Assembly: GCA_963764615.1 (NCBI GenBank)
Contig: CAVXTF010000002.1
Coordinates: 1,107,002-1,171,001, forward strand
DNA: 64,000 bases
DNA from: an uncultured Acidimicrobiales bacterium
GTDB taxonomy: Bacteria; Actinomycetota; Acidimicrobiia; Acidimicrobiales; CAVXTF01
Direction of reading: 5' to 3'
The number at the start of each line of letters is the position of its first letter. The first letter of the stretch is position 1. Below are positions 11,935 to 21,976 of the stretch, piece by piece. Position numbers and translations under genes: made by a program. The notes beneath the pieces are model-generated. The model ran no database searches, had not been told where the DNA came from, and was given only the letters and a program-made list of their open reading frames with translations.

Positions 11935-12741
11935 ATGTTGCGGGGAACTCCGCCACCCGGTCTCGGCCCCGTCCGTCGCTTTGACGAGATCGACTCAACC
12001 AACAGATATCTCGCAGACGAGGCCCGAGCGGGAGCTCCACACGGTCTCGTCGCGGTGGCGAGGCACCAGACAGCGGGAAGGGGCCGCCTCGGAAGGAGCT
12101 GGGAGGCCCCACCGGGGCAGAACCTGCTGGTGTCGATCCTTCTTCGCCCCACCGACTCTCTTTGCCCCGCCGCGGCCTGGCCCGGGGGGACGGAGCAGAT
12201 CCTCCATTCGCTGGCACTCGCAGTGGCGCTCTCCGCGGCCGACGCCTGCCTCGACGTCGCGGGAGTAGAACCGGGCCTCAAGTGGCCGAACGACCTGGTG
12301 GTCGACGACCGCAAGCTCGCCGGAGTGCTGGCCGAAGGCGTGGACGTCGACCGGGACGCTCCGGCTGTGGTCGTGGGCCTAGGGCTCAACGTCGGCTGGC
12401 CAGGTCGCGGTTCTGACGCCGTGGCAGATGCACTCGGCGCGACCTCGCTAGAGAGGCTCACAGGAGCGTCCTTCGACCCCGACCTGCTCTTGGAGGGCAT
12501 CTTTGAGCACCTCGCCTGGCGCATCACAGACCTGTTCGGACGCGACGGCCCTTCGCGTCAGGTCGAGGAGTACAGGACGCGCTGTGCGACGCTCGGCAGG
12601 CAGGTGAAGGTGGAAGAGCACTCCGGGTCGTTCACGGGATCGGCCGTGGGGATCTCAGATGAGGGCCATCTCCTGGTGGAGACCGCGTCGGGTCGCCGTG
12701 TCGTCACGGCGGGCGACGTCGTCCACCTCCGTCACCCCTAG
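11935..12741 (+). CDS. birA: Biotin--[acetyl-CoA carboxylase] ligase
   Basis: [21 protein letters not shown] and KLAGVL; divergent from accA. Confidence 0.93.
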   Translation: MLRGTPPPGLGPVRRFDEIDSTNRYLADEARAGAPHGLVAVARHQTAGRGRLGRSWEAPPGQNLLVSILLRPTDSLCPAAAWPGGTEQILHSLALAVALSAADACLDVAGVEPGLKWPNDLVVDDRKLAGVLAEGVDVDRDAPAVVVGLGLNVGWPGRGSDAVADALGATSLERLTGASFDPDLLLEGIFEHLAWRITDLFGRDGPSRQVEEYRTRCATLGRQVKVEEHSGSFTGSAVGISDEGHLLVETASGRRVVTAGDVVHLRHP

Positions 12742-12819
12742 GCCCGCCGTCCATCTCCGCCGCCCGTAGGCGCGGCCGTCTGGCGTGGACCCCTACCCGG
12801 CACCGTAGGATTGCCGCCC

Positions 12820-13842
12820 ATGCACGTGCTGGTGACCGGAGGCGCGGGCTTCATCGGCTCGAATTTCGTGCGTTATTGGGCCGCCTCCCACCCTGACGAC
12901 ACGATCGTCGTCTACGACGCGCTCACCTATGCCGGGAACATGGAAAGCCTCTCGGACCTCGAGAAGCGCATCGTCTTCGTCCACGGCGACATCTGCGACC
13001 TCGGGGCGGTCCAGGCAGCCCTCGACGACAACAGCATCGATCTCATCGTCCACTTCGCAGCCGAATCCCACAACAGCCTTGCCGTGCTCGACCCCGGCCG
13101 GTTCTTCATGACGAACGTAATCGGCACCCAGACGCTTTTGGAAGGCGCGCGCAGGGCCTCGGTACCGAGGTTCCACCACATCTCGACGTGCGAGGTGTAC
13201 GGGGACCTCGCCCTCGACTCGCCCGACGCGTTCACTGAGTCTCACCCTTACCGGCCGCGCACCCCTTACAACGCGTCCAAAGCGGGCGCGGACCACGCGG
13301 TGCGCGCCTACGTGGAGACCTTCGGGCTTCCCGCCACCATCACCAATTGCTGCAACAACTACGGGCCTTACCAGTTCCCCGAGAAGGTCATCCCGCTCTT
13401 TACGACCCGGGCCATCGACGACGAGCCGCTTCCCCTGTACGCGTCCACTCAGAACAAGCGCGAATGGCTGCACGTGGACGACCACTGCTCTGCGATCGAG
13501 GCGGTGTTGGAACGCGGCCGGATAGGCGAGACGTACCACGTCGGCAGCGGCGAGGAAGCGACCATCGAGCAGATCGCAGACGCCGTCTTGGACGCGCTCG
13601 ACAAGCCGCAGAGCCTGAAGACGATCGTGGAGGACCGGCCCGGTCACGACCGCAGGTACCTGCTCGACAGCTCCAAGATCCGAGACGAGCTCGGCTGGGA
13701 GCCCAAGGTCGCGTTCGGGCCTGGGCTCGCAGGCACCGTGGAGTGGTACGCGGAGAACCGGAGCTGGTGGGAGCCGCTGTTGGATCGGGCCCCAGTCGTG
13801 GAGAGCGCTTGGGGCGACCCCGCCGCAGGCGCCAAGGTCTGA
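12820..13842 (+). CDS. rfbB: dTDP-glucose 4,6-dehydratase
   Basis: TGGAGFIG, DALTYAGN, FAAESH, YNASK, NNYGPYQFPEK and DRPGHDRRY. TAGGAT 8 nt upstream supports ATG 12820. Confidence 0.93.
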   Translation: MHVLVTGGAGFIGSNFVRYWAASHPDDTIVVYDALTYAGNMESLSDLEKRIVFVHGDICDLGAVQAALDDNSIDLIVHFAAESHNSLAVLDPGRFFMTNVIGTQTLLEGARRASVPRFHHISTCEVYGDLALDSPDAFTESHPYRPRTPYNASKAGADHAVRAYVETFGLPATITNCCNNYGPYQFPEKVIPLFTTRAIDDEPLPLYASTQNKREWLHVDDHCSAIEAVLERGRIGETYHVGSGEEATIEQIADAVLDALDKPQSLKTIVEDRPGHDRRYLLDSSKIRDELGWEPKVAFGPGLAGTVEWYAENRSWWEPLLDRAPVVESAWGDPAAGAKV

Positions 13843-13864
13843 GGCGTGCCCCAGGGGAGCGTTC

Positions 13865-14803
13865 GTGGCGCCTAGGAGGGTCCTGGTCACCGGAGCAGGA
13901 GGGCAGCTCGGCCACGACCTTGTAGTGGCCCTTTCAGGTGAGGTCCCCGATGGCGCCCTCAAGGGTGACGCCCGGACCGGCAGGTTGGGTGACCGGCCCG
14001 CAACGGACGTGGTCTCCGCCCCGAAGGAGGTGCTCGACGTCACCAGGCGGGCCGACGTCCTCGCCGCGGTGAGCGCGCTGCGACCCCAGATCGTGATCCA
14101 CGCGGCTGCGTTCACGAACGTGGACGGGTGCGAGCAGGACCCCGACCGGGCGTTCGGCGTGAACGCCCTCGGGACGCGCCACGTCGCCGAGGCGGCACGC
14201 CGCTACGGAGCTCATCTCGTCGTCGTGTCGAGCGACTATGTCTTCGACGGGACCGCCACGCGGCCGTACGTCGAGTGGGACCAGACCAGGCCGCTGTCGG
14301 TTTACGGGCTCTCCAAGCTCGCGACCGAGCACGAAGCGGGCGAGGGCGCCACGATCGTCCGCACCTCGTGGCTTTGCGGCGCGCACGGCAAGAACATGGT
14401 GCAGACGGCGCTCGCTCTTTCGGATTCGGATGCGCAAATGTGCTTCGTGGACGACCAGCGTGGGCGACCGACCTTCACCGCGGACCTCGCAGGTGCCATC
14501 CTGGTGCTGGCCGATTCCAGGCTTTCGGGAGTGTTCCACGTGACCAATGACGGTGAGGCGACCTGGTACGACCTTGTCCGCGCCGTCGTCGCCGAAGCGG
14601 GCGGCGACCCGGGACGCGTCGAGCCCATCGCGACCGCCGACCTCGATCCTCCCCGCCCTGCAACGCGCCCGGCCTACTCGGTGCTCGACAATGCCGCCAT
14701 GCGCCTGTCGGGCCTGCCGTCGCTCCCGCACTGGGAAGACGCACTCGGACGTCTCGTGAGGGTGCTGCGAACAGGATCTGCGCAAACCGGTCGACGCTCG
14801 TGA
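13865..14803 (+). CDS. rfbD: dTDP-4-dehydrorhamnose reductase
   Basis: GAGGQLG, AAFTNVDGCE, SDYVFDG, YGLSK, DDQRGRPT and RPAYSVL. Confidence 0.92.
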   Translation: MAPRRVLVTGAGGQLGHDLVVALSGEVPDGALKGDARTGRLGDRPATDVVSAPKEVLDVTRRADVLAAVSALRPQIVIHAAAFTNVDGCEQDPDRAFGVNALGTRHVAEAARRYGAHLVVVSSDYVFDGTATRPYVEWDQTRPLSVYGLSKLATEHEAGEGATIVRTSWLCGAHGKNMVQTALALSDSDAQMCFVDDQRGRPTFTADLAGAILVLADSRLSGVFHVTNDGEATWYDLVRAVVAEAGGDPGRVEPIATADLDPPRPATRPAYSVLDNAAMRLSGLPSLPHWEDALGRLVRVLRTGSAQTGRRS

Positions 14804-16095
14804 AGCACGCCGCTCCGGCGAGAGTCGGCGTCATCGGAGTCGGCTATGTCGGCCTCACGACGGCCGTATGCCTGGCGCGCATGGGCCACACGGTGCGTGC
14901 CGCCGACGTCGACCAGGCGAAGGTGGCGATGCTGTCGTCGGGCCGGCCGACCATCCTCGAGGAGGGTCTCGAGGAGCTGCTACGAGAAGGCCTCGCGTCG
15001 GGGAGGCTCTCTTTCGTCGTGGGAGCGACCGAGGCGGCGAAGTCGTCTGAGTTCGTGTTCCTCTGCGTCCCGACCCCGCAACGCGAAGACGGCTCGGCCG
15101 ACACCTCGACTCTCGAGCAGGTGGTCACCGAGATCGCAGACGAGATCGAGCACGACGCGATCGTCGTGAACAAGTCCACCGTTCCCGTCGGCTCGACGCT
15201 CGTGGTGGAGAAGCTGCTCCGCCGGAGCGACCTGTCTGTGGTATCCAACCCGGAGTTCCTGCGCGAGGGCAGCGCGGTGCGTGACGCGCTGCACCCGGAC
15301 CGGATCGTCGTCGGAGCCGACGACCAGCGGGCTGCCGCGCGCGTCGGTGCGCTCTTCGCAGGAACCAAGGCCCCGCTCATCGTCACCGACGCCGCGACCG
15401 CAGAGACGATCAAGTACGCCTCGAACGCGTTTCTCGCGACCAAGCTGAGCTATGTCAACTCGATCGCGTGCCTTTGCGAGGCCGTCGGTGCCGATGTCCG
15501 CGACGTGCTCCTCGGCATGGGATACGACCAGCGGATCGGTTTCGACTACCTGAAGCCGGGGCCCGGCTGGGGCGGGTCCTGCCTGCCCAAGGACACGAAG
15601 GCCCTGCTTTATTCAGCGGAGCAGGCGGGATACGACTTCGACCTGCTTCGAGGCGTCATCGAGGCAAACGACCGGCAGGTCGACGAGGTGCTAGGGAAGA
15701 TCAGGGTCGCAGCGGGCGGGAGCCTTGACGGGTGCGCGATCGCCGCATGGGGTCTCACGTTCAAGGCGGCCACCGACGACCGGCGCGACTCACCGGCCAT
15801 CGAGGTGATCAGACGTCTCCAAGCCGAGGGTGCCCGTGTGACGGCTTACGACCCGACGGTTCGTGAACCGATCCCCGAGCTCCCTGATACTTCTGTGACC
15901 GTCGACCCGTACGCGGCCTGCGACGCTGCCCGCGTGCTGGTCGTGCTCACCGAGTGGGAAGAGCTCCGCTGGCTCGACTTCGACAAGGTCCGCGAGCTTC
16001 TTGCGAAGCCCTACGTCGTTGACGCCCGCAATGTCCTCGACCCAGCGGCACTGAGGCGGCTCGGTTTCGTGTACACGGGGATCGGCCGACCGTGA
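14800..16095 (+). CDS. ugd: UDP-glucose 6-dehydrogenase
   Basis: GVGYVGL, KSTVPVG, NPEFLREG, KYASNAFLA and GGSCLPKD. Confidence 0.93.
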   Translation: MKHAAPARVGVIGVGYVGLTTAVCLARMGHTVRAADVDQAKVAMLSSGRPTILEEGLEELLREGLASGRLSFVVGATEAAKSSEFVFLCVPTPQREDGSADTSTLEQVVTEIADEIEHDAIVVNKSTVPVGSTLVVEKLLRRSDLSVVSNPEFLREGSAVRDALHPDRIVVGADDQRAAARVGALFAGTKAPLIVTDAATAETIKYASNAFLATKLSYVNSIACLCEAVGADVRDVLLGMGYDQRIGFDYLKPGPGWGGSCLPKDTKALLYSAEQAGYDFDLLRGVIEANDRQVDEVLGKIRVAAGGSLDGCAIAAWGLTFKAATDDRRDSPAIEVIRRLQAEGARVTAYDPTVREPIPELPDTSVTVDPYAACDAARVLVVLTEWEELRWLDFDKVRELLAKPYVVDARNVLDPAALRRLGFVYTGIGRP

Positions 16096-17111
16096 GCCGG
16101 ATCGTCGTCACAGGGGGCGCCGGCTTCCTCGGGTCGCATCTGTGCGAGGCCCTTGCGGCTCGCGGCGACTCGGTGGTGTGCGTGGACGACCTGTCATCGG
16201 GAAGGCTCTCGAATCTCGAGACCGTCGAGCGCGAGGCTTCCTTCGAGCTCATCGTCGGTGATGTGAGCGACAAGCTCGAAGTGACGGGTCACGTCGACGG
16301 CGTAATGCATCTTGCGAGCGCTGCCTCTCCACCGGACTACCTGGCAAGGCCAATCCAGACTCTCGTCACGGGCAGCGAAGGGACACGACACGCCCTCGAG
16401 CTCGCGGCGCGAAACGACGCGAGGTTCGTTCTCGCGTCCACGAGCGAGATCTACGGGGATCCTGCGGTCCACCCACAGGTCGAGTCGTACTGGGGAAACG
16501 TGAACCCCATCGGGCCGCGCAGCGTCTACGACGAAGCCAAGCGTTTCGCCGAGGCTCTGACGATGGCGTGGCACACGACGAACCAACTCGACATCGGGAT
16601 CGCGCGTATCTTCAACACCTACGGCCCGAGGCTAAGGCCAGGAGACGGCCGGGTGGTGTCCAATTTCATCGTTCAGGCATTGAAGGGCACTCCGCTCACC
16701 GTCTACGGCGACGGCACACAGACGCGCAGCCTCTGCTTCGTCGAAGACGAGATCCGGGGCCTTATCGCCCTCCTGGACAGCACAGTGGTCGGGCCTGTCA
16801 ACATCGGGAACCCGCACGAGGTGACCGTCCTCGAGCTCGCCAACCGTGTGCTGGCGCTCACGGGCTCGAGCTCGTCTGTCGAGCACGGGCGGTTGCCGGC
16901 GGACGACCCCGTGAGGAGGTGCCCCGACATCTCGTTGGCGAGGCGCGAGCTCGGGTGGGAGCCTCGTGTCGATCTCGACGACGGGCTCTTACGCACCATC
17001 CGCTCGTTCGAAGCCCATGTCGCAGGATCCGGCGAGCGCGCAGGATCCGGCGAGCGCGCAGGCTCTGGCGAGCGCGCAGGCTCTGGCGAGCGCGCAGGAT
17101 CGGAAAGGTAA
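16092..17111 (+). CDS. UDP-glucuronate decarboxylase (UDP-xylose synthase family)
   Basis: TGGAGFLGSH, ASPPDY, STSEIYGDP, YWGNVNPIGPRSVYDEAKR and DGRVVSNF. Confidence 0.9.
   Translation: MSRIVVTGGAGFLGSHLCEALAARGDSVVCVDDLSSGRLSNLETVEREASFELIVGDVSDKLEVTGHVDGVMHLASAASPPDYLARPIQTLVTGSEGTRHALELAARNDARFVLASTSEIYGDPAVHPQVESYWGNVNPIGPRSVYDEAKRFAEALTMAWHTTNQLDIGIARIFNTYGPRLRPGDGRVVSNFIVQALKGTPLTVYGDGTQTRSLCFVEDEIRGLIALLDSTVVGPVNIGNPHEVTVLELANRVLALTGSSSSVEHGRLPADDPVRRCPDISLARRELGWEPRVDLDDGLLRTIRSFEAHVAGSGERAGSGERAGSGERAGSGERAGSER
17022..17108. repeat. 18-bp tandem repeat encoding (AGSGER)n at the UXS C-terminus
   Basis: gcaggatccggcgagcgc / gcaggctctggcgagcgc x4 plus a partial copy. Confidence 0.9.
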
Positions 17112-17114
17112 CCG

Positions 17115-17842
17115 GTGGCCGTCAACGAACAAGATGTGCGTCGCGAGTACCACCTGCTGTCGGTGGTAGTTCCGGTGTTCAACGAGAGGAACACCGTCGC
17201 CGAGATAATCAGGCGCATGCGCGCAGTGGAGCTGCCTGTCGCGGCTCGGAGTTCGTAGTGGTGGACGACGGCTCCTCCGACGGCAGCGACAAGGTGCTCG
17301 CAGCGCTCGCAGACTCGACGGTCAGAGTGATCCATCATCCTCAGAACCGCGGCAAGGGCGCAGCGGTGAGGACGGGCATAGAAGCCGCCAAGGGGGACCT
17401 AATCCTCATCCAAGACGCGGACCTGGAGTACGACCCCGACGACTGGCCGAGCCTTCTCGCCCCGGTGCTCAAGGGCAAGGCGCGCGTGGTGTACGGCAGC
17501 CGGTTCACCGGTGAGCGCAAGAACATGCTGCCCACGCACTGGATCGGCAACCGGCTGCTCACGCTCGTGACCAATTTGCTCTACAAGTCGACGCTTTCTG
17601 ATATGGAGACGTGCTACAAGCTCTTCGACCGCAGCGTCCTCGAAGGCGTGACCATCGAGTCGGACCGATTCGAGTTCGAGCCGGAGATCACGGCCAAGGT
17701 CCTGTTGAAAGGGGAGCGCATCTACGAGGTGCCGATCTCATATGCGGGCCGCGAGGTGACGGAGGGCAAGAAGATCACCTGGCGCGACGGGTTCGGCGCG
17801 TTGAAGACCCTCGTGCGCTTCCGCCTCAGGCGGCGCACCTGA
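17115..17842 (+). CDS. GT2 glycosyltransferase, polyprenol-phosphate sugar synthase-like; frameshift near 17245
   Basis: LSVVVPVFNE in one frame, continuing as VVDDGSSDG, NRGKGAA, QDADLEYDP and DMETCYK in another. Confidence 0.85.
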
Positions 17843-17847
17843 CGGCT

Positions 17848-18867
17848 TTGACGGCCCGTCGCGCTCATCCGCAGCACCTGGCGGACAGGATCGAAGCGAT
17901 AGTGGTCGACTACTACTCCGGAGAGGCACTCGCACGATGCGTGGAGTCTCTCGAACGCGCAGGCGCCGCGAGGGTCGTGGTGGTGGACAACGCCGTCCCG
18001 CCCGGTCGGGCGAAGAAGGCGCTCGGCCCCGGGTCGGGGGCGTTTGTGGTGGAGCCAGGAGTGAACCTAGGTTACGGGTCAGGTGCCAACCGGGGCGCTG
18101 CGGCGTTTGGGACGGACGACGAGGCGGGCCCGGCGGCGGGCTGGGCGGCTGAGTTGCTGGTCGTGTGCAATCCAGACGTGGTGGTCGAAAGCGCAGCTCT
18201 TGCGCACCTCGTCGATGCTCTCGACGCCGACATGGGGCTCGGGATCGTCGGCCCGTGCGTTCTCGAGACCGACGGGTCGCGCTATCCCTCGGCGCGGCGC
18301 TTCCCTTCGCTCACAGAGGGCGCAGGACATGCGCTCGCAGGGTTGGTTGCACCGAACAACCGGTTCACCCGCAGGTACAGGATGCAAGATGGCAGCGCCG
18401 AGGCGACCACGAAGGTGGACTGGGTCTCCGGATCGTTCATGGTGCTGCGCAGGGAGGCTTTCGACGAGCTCGGCGGCTTCGACGAGAGCTACTTCATGTA
18501 CGGCGAGGACGTGGATCTGTGCTGGCGGGCCCACATGGCCGGCTGGGGGGTCGCGTACGTCCCTTCAGCTTCCGTCACCCATACGGGAGGGATCACGACC
18601 AAGCGGGTCCCGTACAGGATGCTCGCCTGCCATCACCGTTCCGCCTTTCGGTTCGCCAGCCGGACCCTGTCGGGCCCCCGACGCCTCGTGCTGCCGGCTG
18701 TCGGTCTGGCACTCGGGATGCGCCTGGTCCTGGAGGTAGCCCGCGAAGCGGCCTCCTCTCTCAACTCTCGTGGCTCACGCGGTTCTCGCGGCTCACCTGG
18801 GTCTCGCGGCTCTCTCGGGCGGCAGCCAGCTCCGGACCGGACCGGGACAGGCCTCCCAGACGGCTAG
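17848..18867 (+). CDS. GT2 glycosyltransferase, WbbL-like rhamnosyltransferase family
   Basis: VVVDN, NLGYGSGANRG, NPD, DWVSGS and GGFDESYFMYGEDVDLCWR. Start chosen just after the upstream gene. Confidence 0.87.
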   Translation: MTARRAHPQHLADRIEAIVVDYYSGEALARCVESLERAGAARVVVVDNAVPPGRAKKALGPGSGAFVVEPGVNLGYGSGANRGAAAFGTDDEAGPAAGWAAELLVVCNPDVVVESAALAHLVDALDADMGLGIVGPCVLETDGSRYPSARRFPSLTEGAGHALAGLVAPNNRFTRRYRMQDGSAEATTKVDWVSGSFMVLRREAFDELGGFDESYFMYGEDVDLCWRAHMAGWGVAYVPSASVTHTGGITTKRVPYRMLACHHRSAFRFASRTLSGPRRLVLPAVGLALGMRLVLEVAREAASSLNSRGSRGSRGSPGSRGSLGRQPAPDRTGTGLPDG

Positions 18868-18882
18868 GGTGGCAATCCGGTC

Positions 18883-19737
18883 ATGGCGAGGCAGGATGCT
18901 GGCAAATGGGTGGCGCGAGCAGGCGCCACGGGAGGTGGGCGTAGCTATCGCGCCCGCGTGCCCTACAGGTGGTACAGCGGGCTCGCCCTGATCGTCGTGC
19001 TCGGGGTGTTCCTCGTCGCCTACAGCCGCTACGAGCGCCTCCACCCCGCGGCAGCCGTCCAACCGACCACCAGCTCCCACTGGGCGGCGGGCGTCGTGTT
19101 CGACCTGTGCGGCAAGAACAATCAGGTGCTTGCCGCGAGCTCCGCCGCAGACCAGGCGACCCTCGGCCTCTACTCGTCCGGCGATGGAGTGATCGAGATC
19201 CAGCCGAAGACCTCGGCGGACACAGGGACCAATGCGACGCTCGGAAGGTTCACCTCGCAGTTCAGTGGCCTTACGTTGACGTCGACGTCCGTGGGCCTGC
19301 CGAAGCAACATGTGTACAACGACGGCTCGAAATGCCCCGCAGGAACCCCCGATGCCGGCAAGACGGGTCAGCTGATCGCGAAGATCGTGCCGCCAGCACA
19401 GAGCAACCAGTCCTCGACGACCCAGACGGGTGATCTGCGCACGGTGCGCTTCACGACCAACGGCGAGATCGTCATCGTCGCGTTTGTCCCGAACGGCGCC
19501 AACATCCCTGGGCCCAGCGCGACGATCACCGCCGCCGTCGAAGACGCAGTCGCGGCCGCGGCCTCGACGAGCACGACGACGCCCGCGACCGTGCCGGCGA
19601 TCACTTCCACGACGAAGCCGGGGTCGACCACGACCACCACCAAGGGCAGCAAGTCGACGGTCCCGAAGGTGACCACCACGACCACCGGCAGCACGACCAC
19701 AAGCACGTCCGCGGGGACAACCACCACCTCAGGGTGA
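18883..19737 (+). CDS. Membrane-anchored exported protein with Thr/Ser-rich tail
   Basis: One N-terminal TM helix, a Cys pair and a C-terminal poly-Thr region; overlaps the next start (GTGA). Confidence 0.75.
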   Translation: MARQDAGKWVARAGATGGGRSYRARVPYRWYSGLALIVVLGVFLVAYSRYERLHPAAAVQPTTSSHWAAGVVFDLCGKNNQVLAASSAADQATLGLYSSGDGVIEIQPKTSADTGTNATLGRFTSQFSGLTLTSTSVGLPKQHVYNDGSKCPAGTPDAGKTGQLIAKIVPPAQSNQSSTTQTGDLRTVRFTTNGEIVIVAFVPNGANIPGPSATITAAVEDAVAAAASTSTTTPATVPAITSTTKPGSTTTTTKGSKSTVPKVTTTTTGSTTTSTSAGTTTTSG

Positions 19738-20828
19738 GAGCCGTCGTTCTCGTAGGTGGCGAGGGCACGCGCTTGCGACCTCTCACCTACACGACGCCCA
19801 AGCAGCTGCTGCCGATCGTCGAGATGCCGATGCTCGAAAGAGTGCTCGGCCATCTGGCGGAACACGGCACGAAAGAGGCGGTGCTCTCCCTCGGATACAG
19901 GCCGGAGTCATTCACCCGCGCCTACCCCGACGGTGTCGTCGCCGGTGTTCGTGTGACGTACGCAGTGGAGCCTGAACCGCTCGACACTGCCGGAGCAATT
20001 CGATTCGCGGCGCTTCACGCGGATATGGGCGAGACCTTTGTCGTGGTGAACGGCGACGTGCTCACCGACGGCGACGTGAGCGCTCTCATCTCATTTCACT
20101 TCCGGGTTGGAGCGTCGGCCAGCATCTACCTGAGCCCGGTCGAGGACCCATCGCGATTCGGCGTCGTAGAGACTGCTTCGGACGGAAGGGTGGTCGCCTT
20201 TGTGGAGAAGCCGCCTCCGGACGAAGCCTCCACGAACCTCATAAATGCAGGCATCTACGTGATGGAGCCAGAGGTGCTCGATCGCATCCCTTCGGGGCGG
20301 CGCGTGTCGGTGGAGCGCGATACGTTCCCGTCCCTCGCCGCGGAGGGGACTCTGTACGCGTTGAGCGACGGGGCCTACTGGCTCGACACCGGGACCCCCG
20401 AGGCGTACCTGAGGGCCAATCGCGATCTGCTCGAGGGCCGCCGCGGCGAGCCTCCCGCGAACGGCGCCAGAAGGTCGGCTCAAGGCGCGTGGGAGCTCGG
20501 CGATCCGACGGTCGAAGGCTCCGTCGATCCCCGTTCCCTCGTGGGCGACGGCGCAAGGGTGGAACAAGGGGCGATCGTCACGGGATCGGTCGTCGGCGCG
20601 GGCTGCATCGTGGAGAACGGGGCGACGGTGGCCGGGTCCGTGCTCCTGGCAGGGTCGCGCTTCCGGCAAGGAGCGACCGTGGACTCATCGATCATCGGTC
20701 ATTGCGCCGATGTCGGACGCGACTGCAGCGTCTCTTCGGTGTCGATCATCGGGGACGACACGGTGCTCGAGGCCGGGGTACAGCTAGTCGGCGCCAGGGT
20801 CCCAGAAAATGCCGCGATCCTGCGCTGA
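19734..20828 (+). CDS. Mannose-1-phosphate guanylyltransferase (NDP-sugar synthase)
   Basis: LVGGEGTRLRPLT..PK, EPLDTAG, NGD, FVEKP, WLDTGTP and a hexapeptide C-terminus. Confidence 0.9.
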   Translation: MRAVVLVGGEGTRLRPLTYTTPKQLLPIVEMPMLERVLGHLAEHGTKEAVLSLGYRPESFTRAYPDGVVAGVRVTYAVEPEPLDTAGAIRFAALHADMGETFVVVNGDVLTDGDVSALISFHFRVGASASIYLSPVEDPSRFGVVETASDGRVVAFVEKPPPDEASTNLINAGIYVMEPEVLDRIPSGRRVSVERDTFPSLAAEGTLYALSDGAYWLDTGTPEAYLRANRDLLEGRRGEPPANGARRSAQGAWELGDPTVEGSVDPRSLVGDGARVEQGAIVTGSVVGAGCIVENGATVAGSVLLAGSRFRQGATVDSSIIGHCADVGRDCSVSSVSIIGDDTVLEAGVQLVGARVPENAAILR

Positions 20829-20906
20829 GGGCCGAGGAGACACTGTGGATCGCGCGACACACACGTCATTCGACGACGGATTGAAGGGATCATTTGAGGA
20901 GGCACA

Positions 20907-21854
20907 GTGCGGGTGATGGTCACGGGGGGCGCCGGCTTCATCGGTTCAAACCTGGTCGACCGTCTTCTTGCTGAGGGCAGCCAGGTCGACGCTGTCGACG
21001 ACCTGTCGACAGGAAGGCTCAACAACCTCGCCGACGCCAGGTCGGAGCGGGGAGGGGATTTCTCCTTTCACCAGCTCGACGTCCGTTCCCCGGAGCTCGT
21101 GGAACTGATCGGTAGGCGCAGGCCGGAGGTGATCTTCCATCTCGCCGCCCAGGCGGACGTGCGAATCTCGGTGGATCGCCCGGTGTTCGACGCTGAGGTG
21201 AACATCCTGGGGACGCTCCGAGTGCTCGAGGGCGCGCGCAGCGCCGGAACCCGGAGGGTTGTCTTCGCCGCGAGTGGGGGGACCCTCTACGGAGAACCCG
21301 ATGGCGACGACCTGCCGGTGCGCGAGACCGCAACGCAGCGGCCCCTTTCTCCCTACGGCGTCTCCAAGAAGTCGGCGATCGACTACTTGGTGGCCTTCAG
21401 GGAGCTCCACTCCATCGAGTTCTGCGCGCTGGCGCTCGCGAACATCTACGGACCGAGACAGGATCCTCACGGAGAGGCGGGTGTCGTGGCCATATTCGCG
21501 GCGAGGATGCTGTCGGACAAGCCGGTGACCATCTTCGGCGACGGGGAGCAGACCCGCGACTTCCTCTACGTCGACGACGCGGTGGATGCCTTCGTGCGTG
21601 CGTCTGAGCGCGGAGGGGGACTGACTCTCAACATCGGGACGGGCACCGAGGTGAGCGTCAACACCCTGCACACAGTGATGGCGGATCTGTGCGGGAGTGA
21701 CATTCCCGCCGTGTACGCGCCAGAACGCCCGGGCGAGATCCGCCGCTCGTCGCTGGACGCCTCTAAGGCCGCCATCCACCTTGGCTGGCGTCCGTTCACG
21801 CCTCTCCAGGCGGGGATCGCAGCGACGCTCGAGCACTTCGGCGCGGCGAGATAG
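20907..21854 (+). CDS. NAD-dependent sugar epimerase (UDP-glucose 4-epimerase-like)
   Basis: TGGAGFIGS, LAAQADVR.S, SPYGVSK and YGPRQDPHGEAGVVAIF. Confidence 0.9.
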   Translation: MRVMVTGGAGFIGSNLVDRLLAEGSQVDAVDDLSTGRLNNLADARSERGGDFSFHQLDVRSPELVELIGRRRPEVIFHLAAQADVRISVDRPVFDAEVNILGTLRVLEGARSAGTRRVVFAASGGTLYGEPDGDDLPVRETATQRPLSPYGVSKKSAIDYLVAFRELHSIEFCALALANIYGPRQDPHGEAGVVAIFAARMLSDKPVTIFGDGEQTRDFLYVDDAVDAFVRASERGGGLTLNIGTGTEVSVNTLHTVMADLCGSDIPAVYAPERPGEIRRSSLDASKAAIHLGWRPFTPLQAGIAATLEHFGAAR

Positions 21855-21976
21855 CAGGGAAGCTCGGGCACTTCGACGCGGCGAGATGGCAGGAACACAG
21901 GCAGGAGATGACGCCTGAGCCACGTGTCAACGGCGCGTGTCAACGCCGCGTGTCAATGGCGCGAGTTAGCTCGGAG

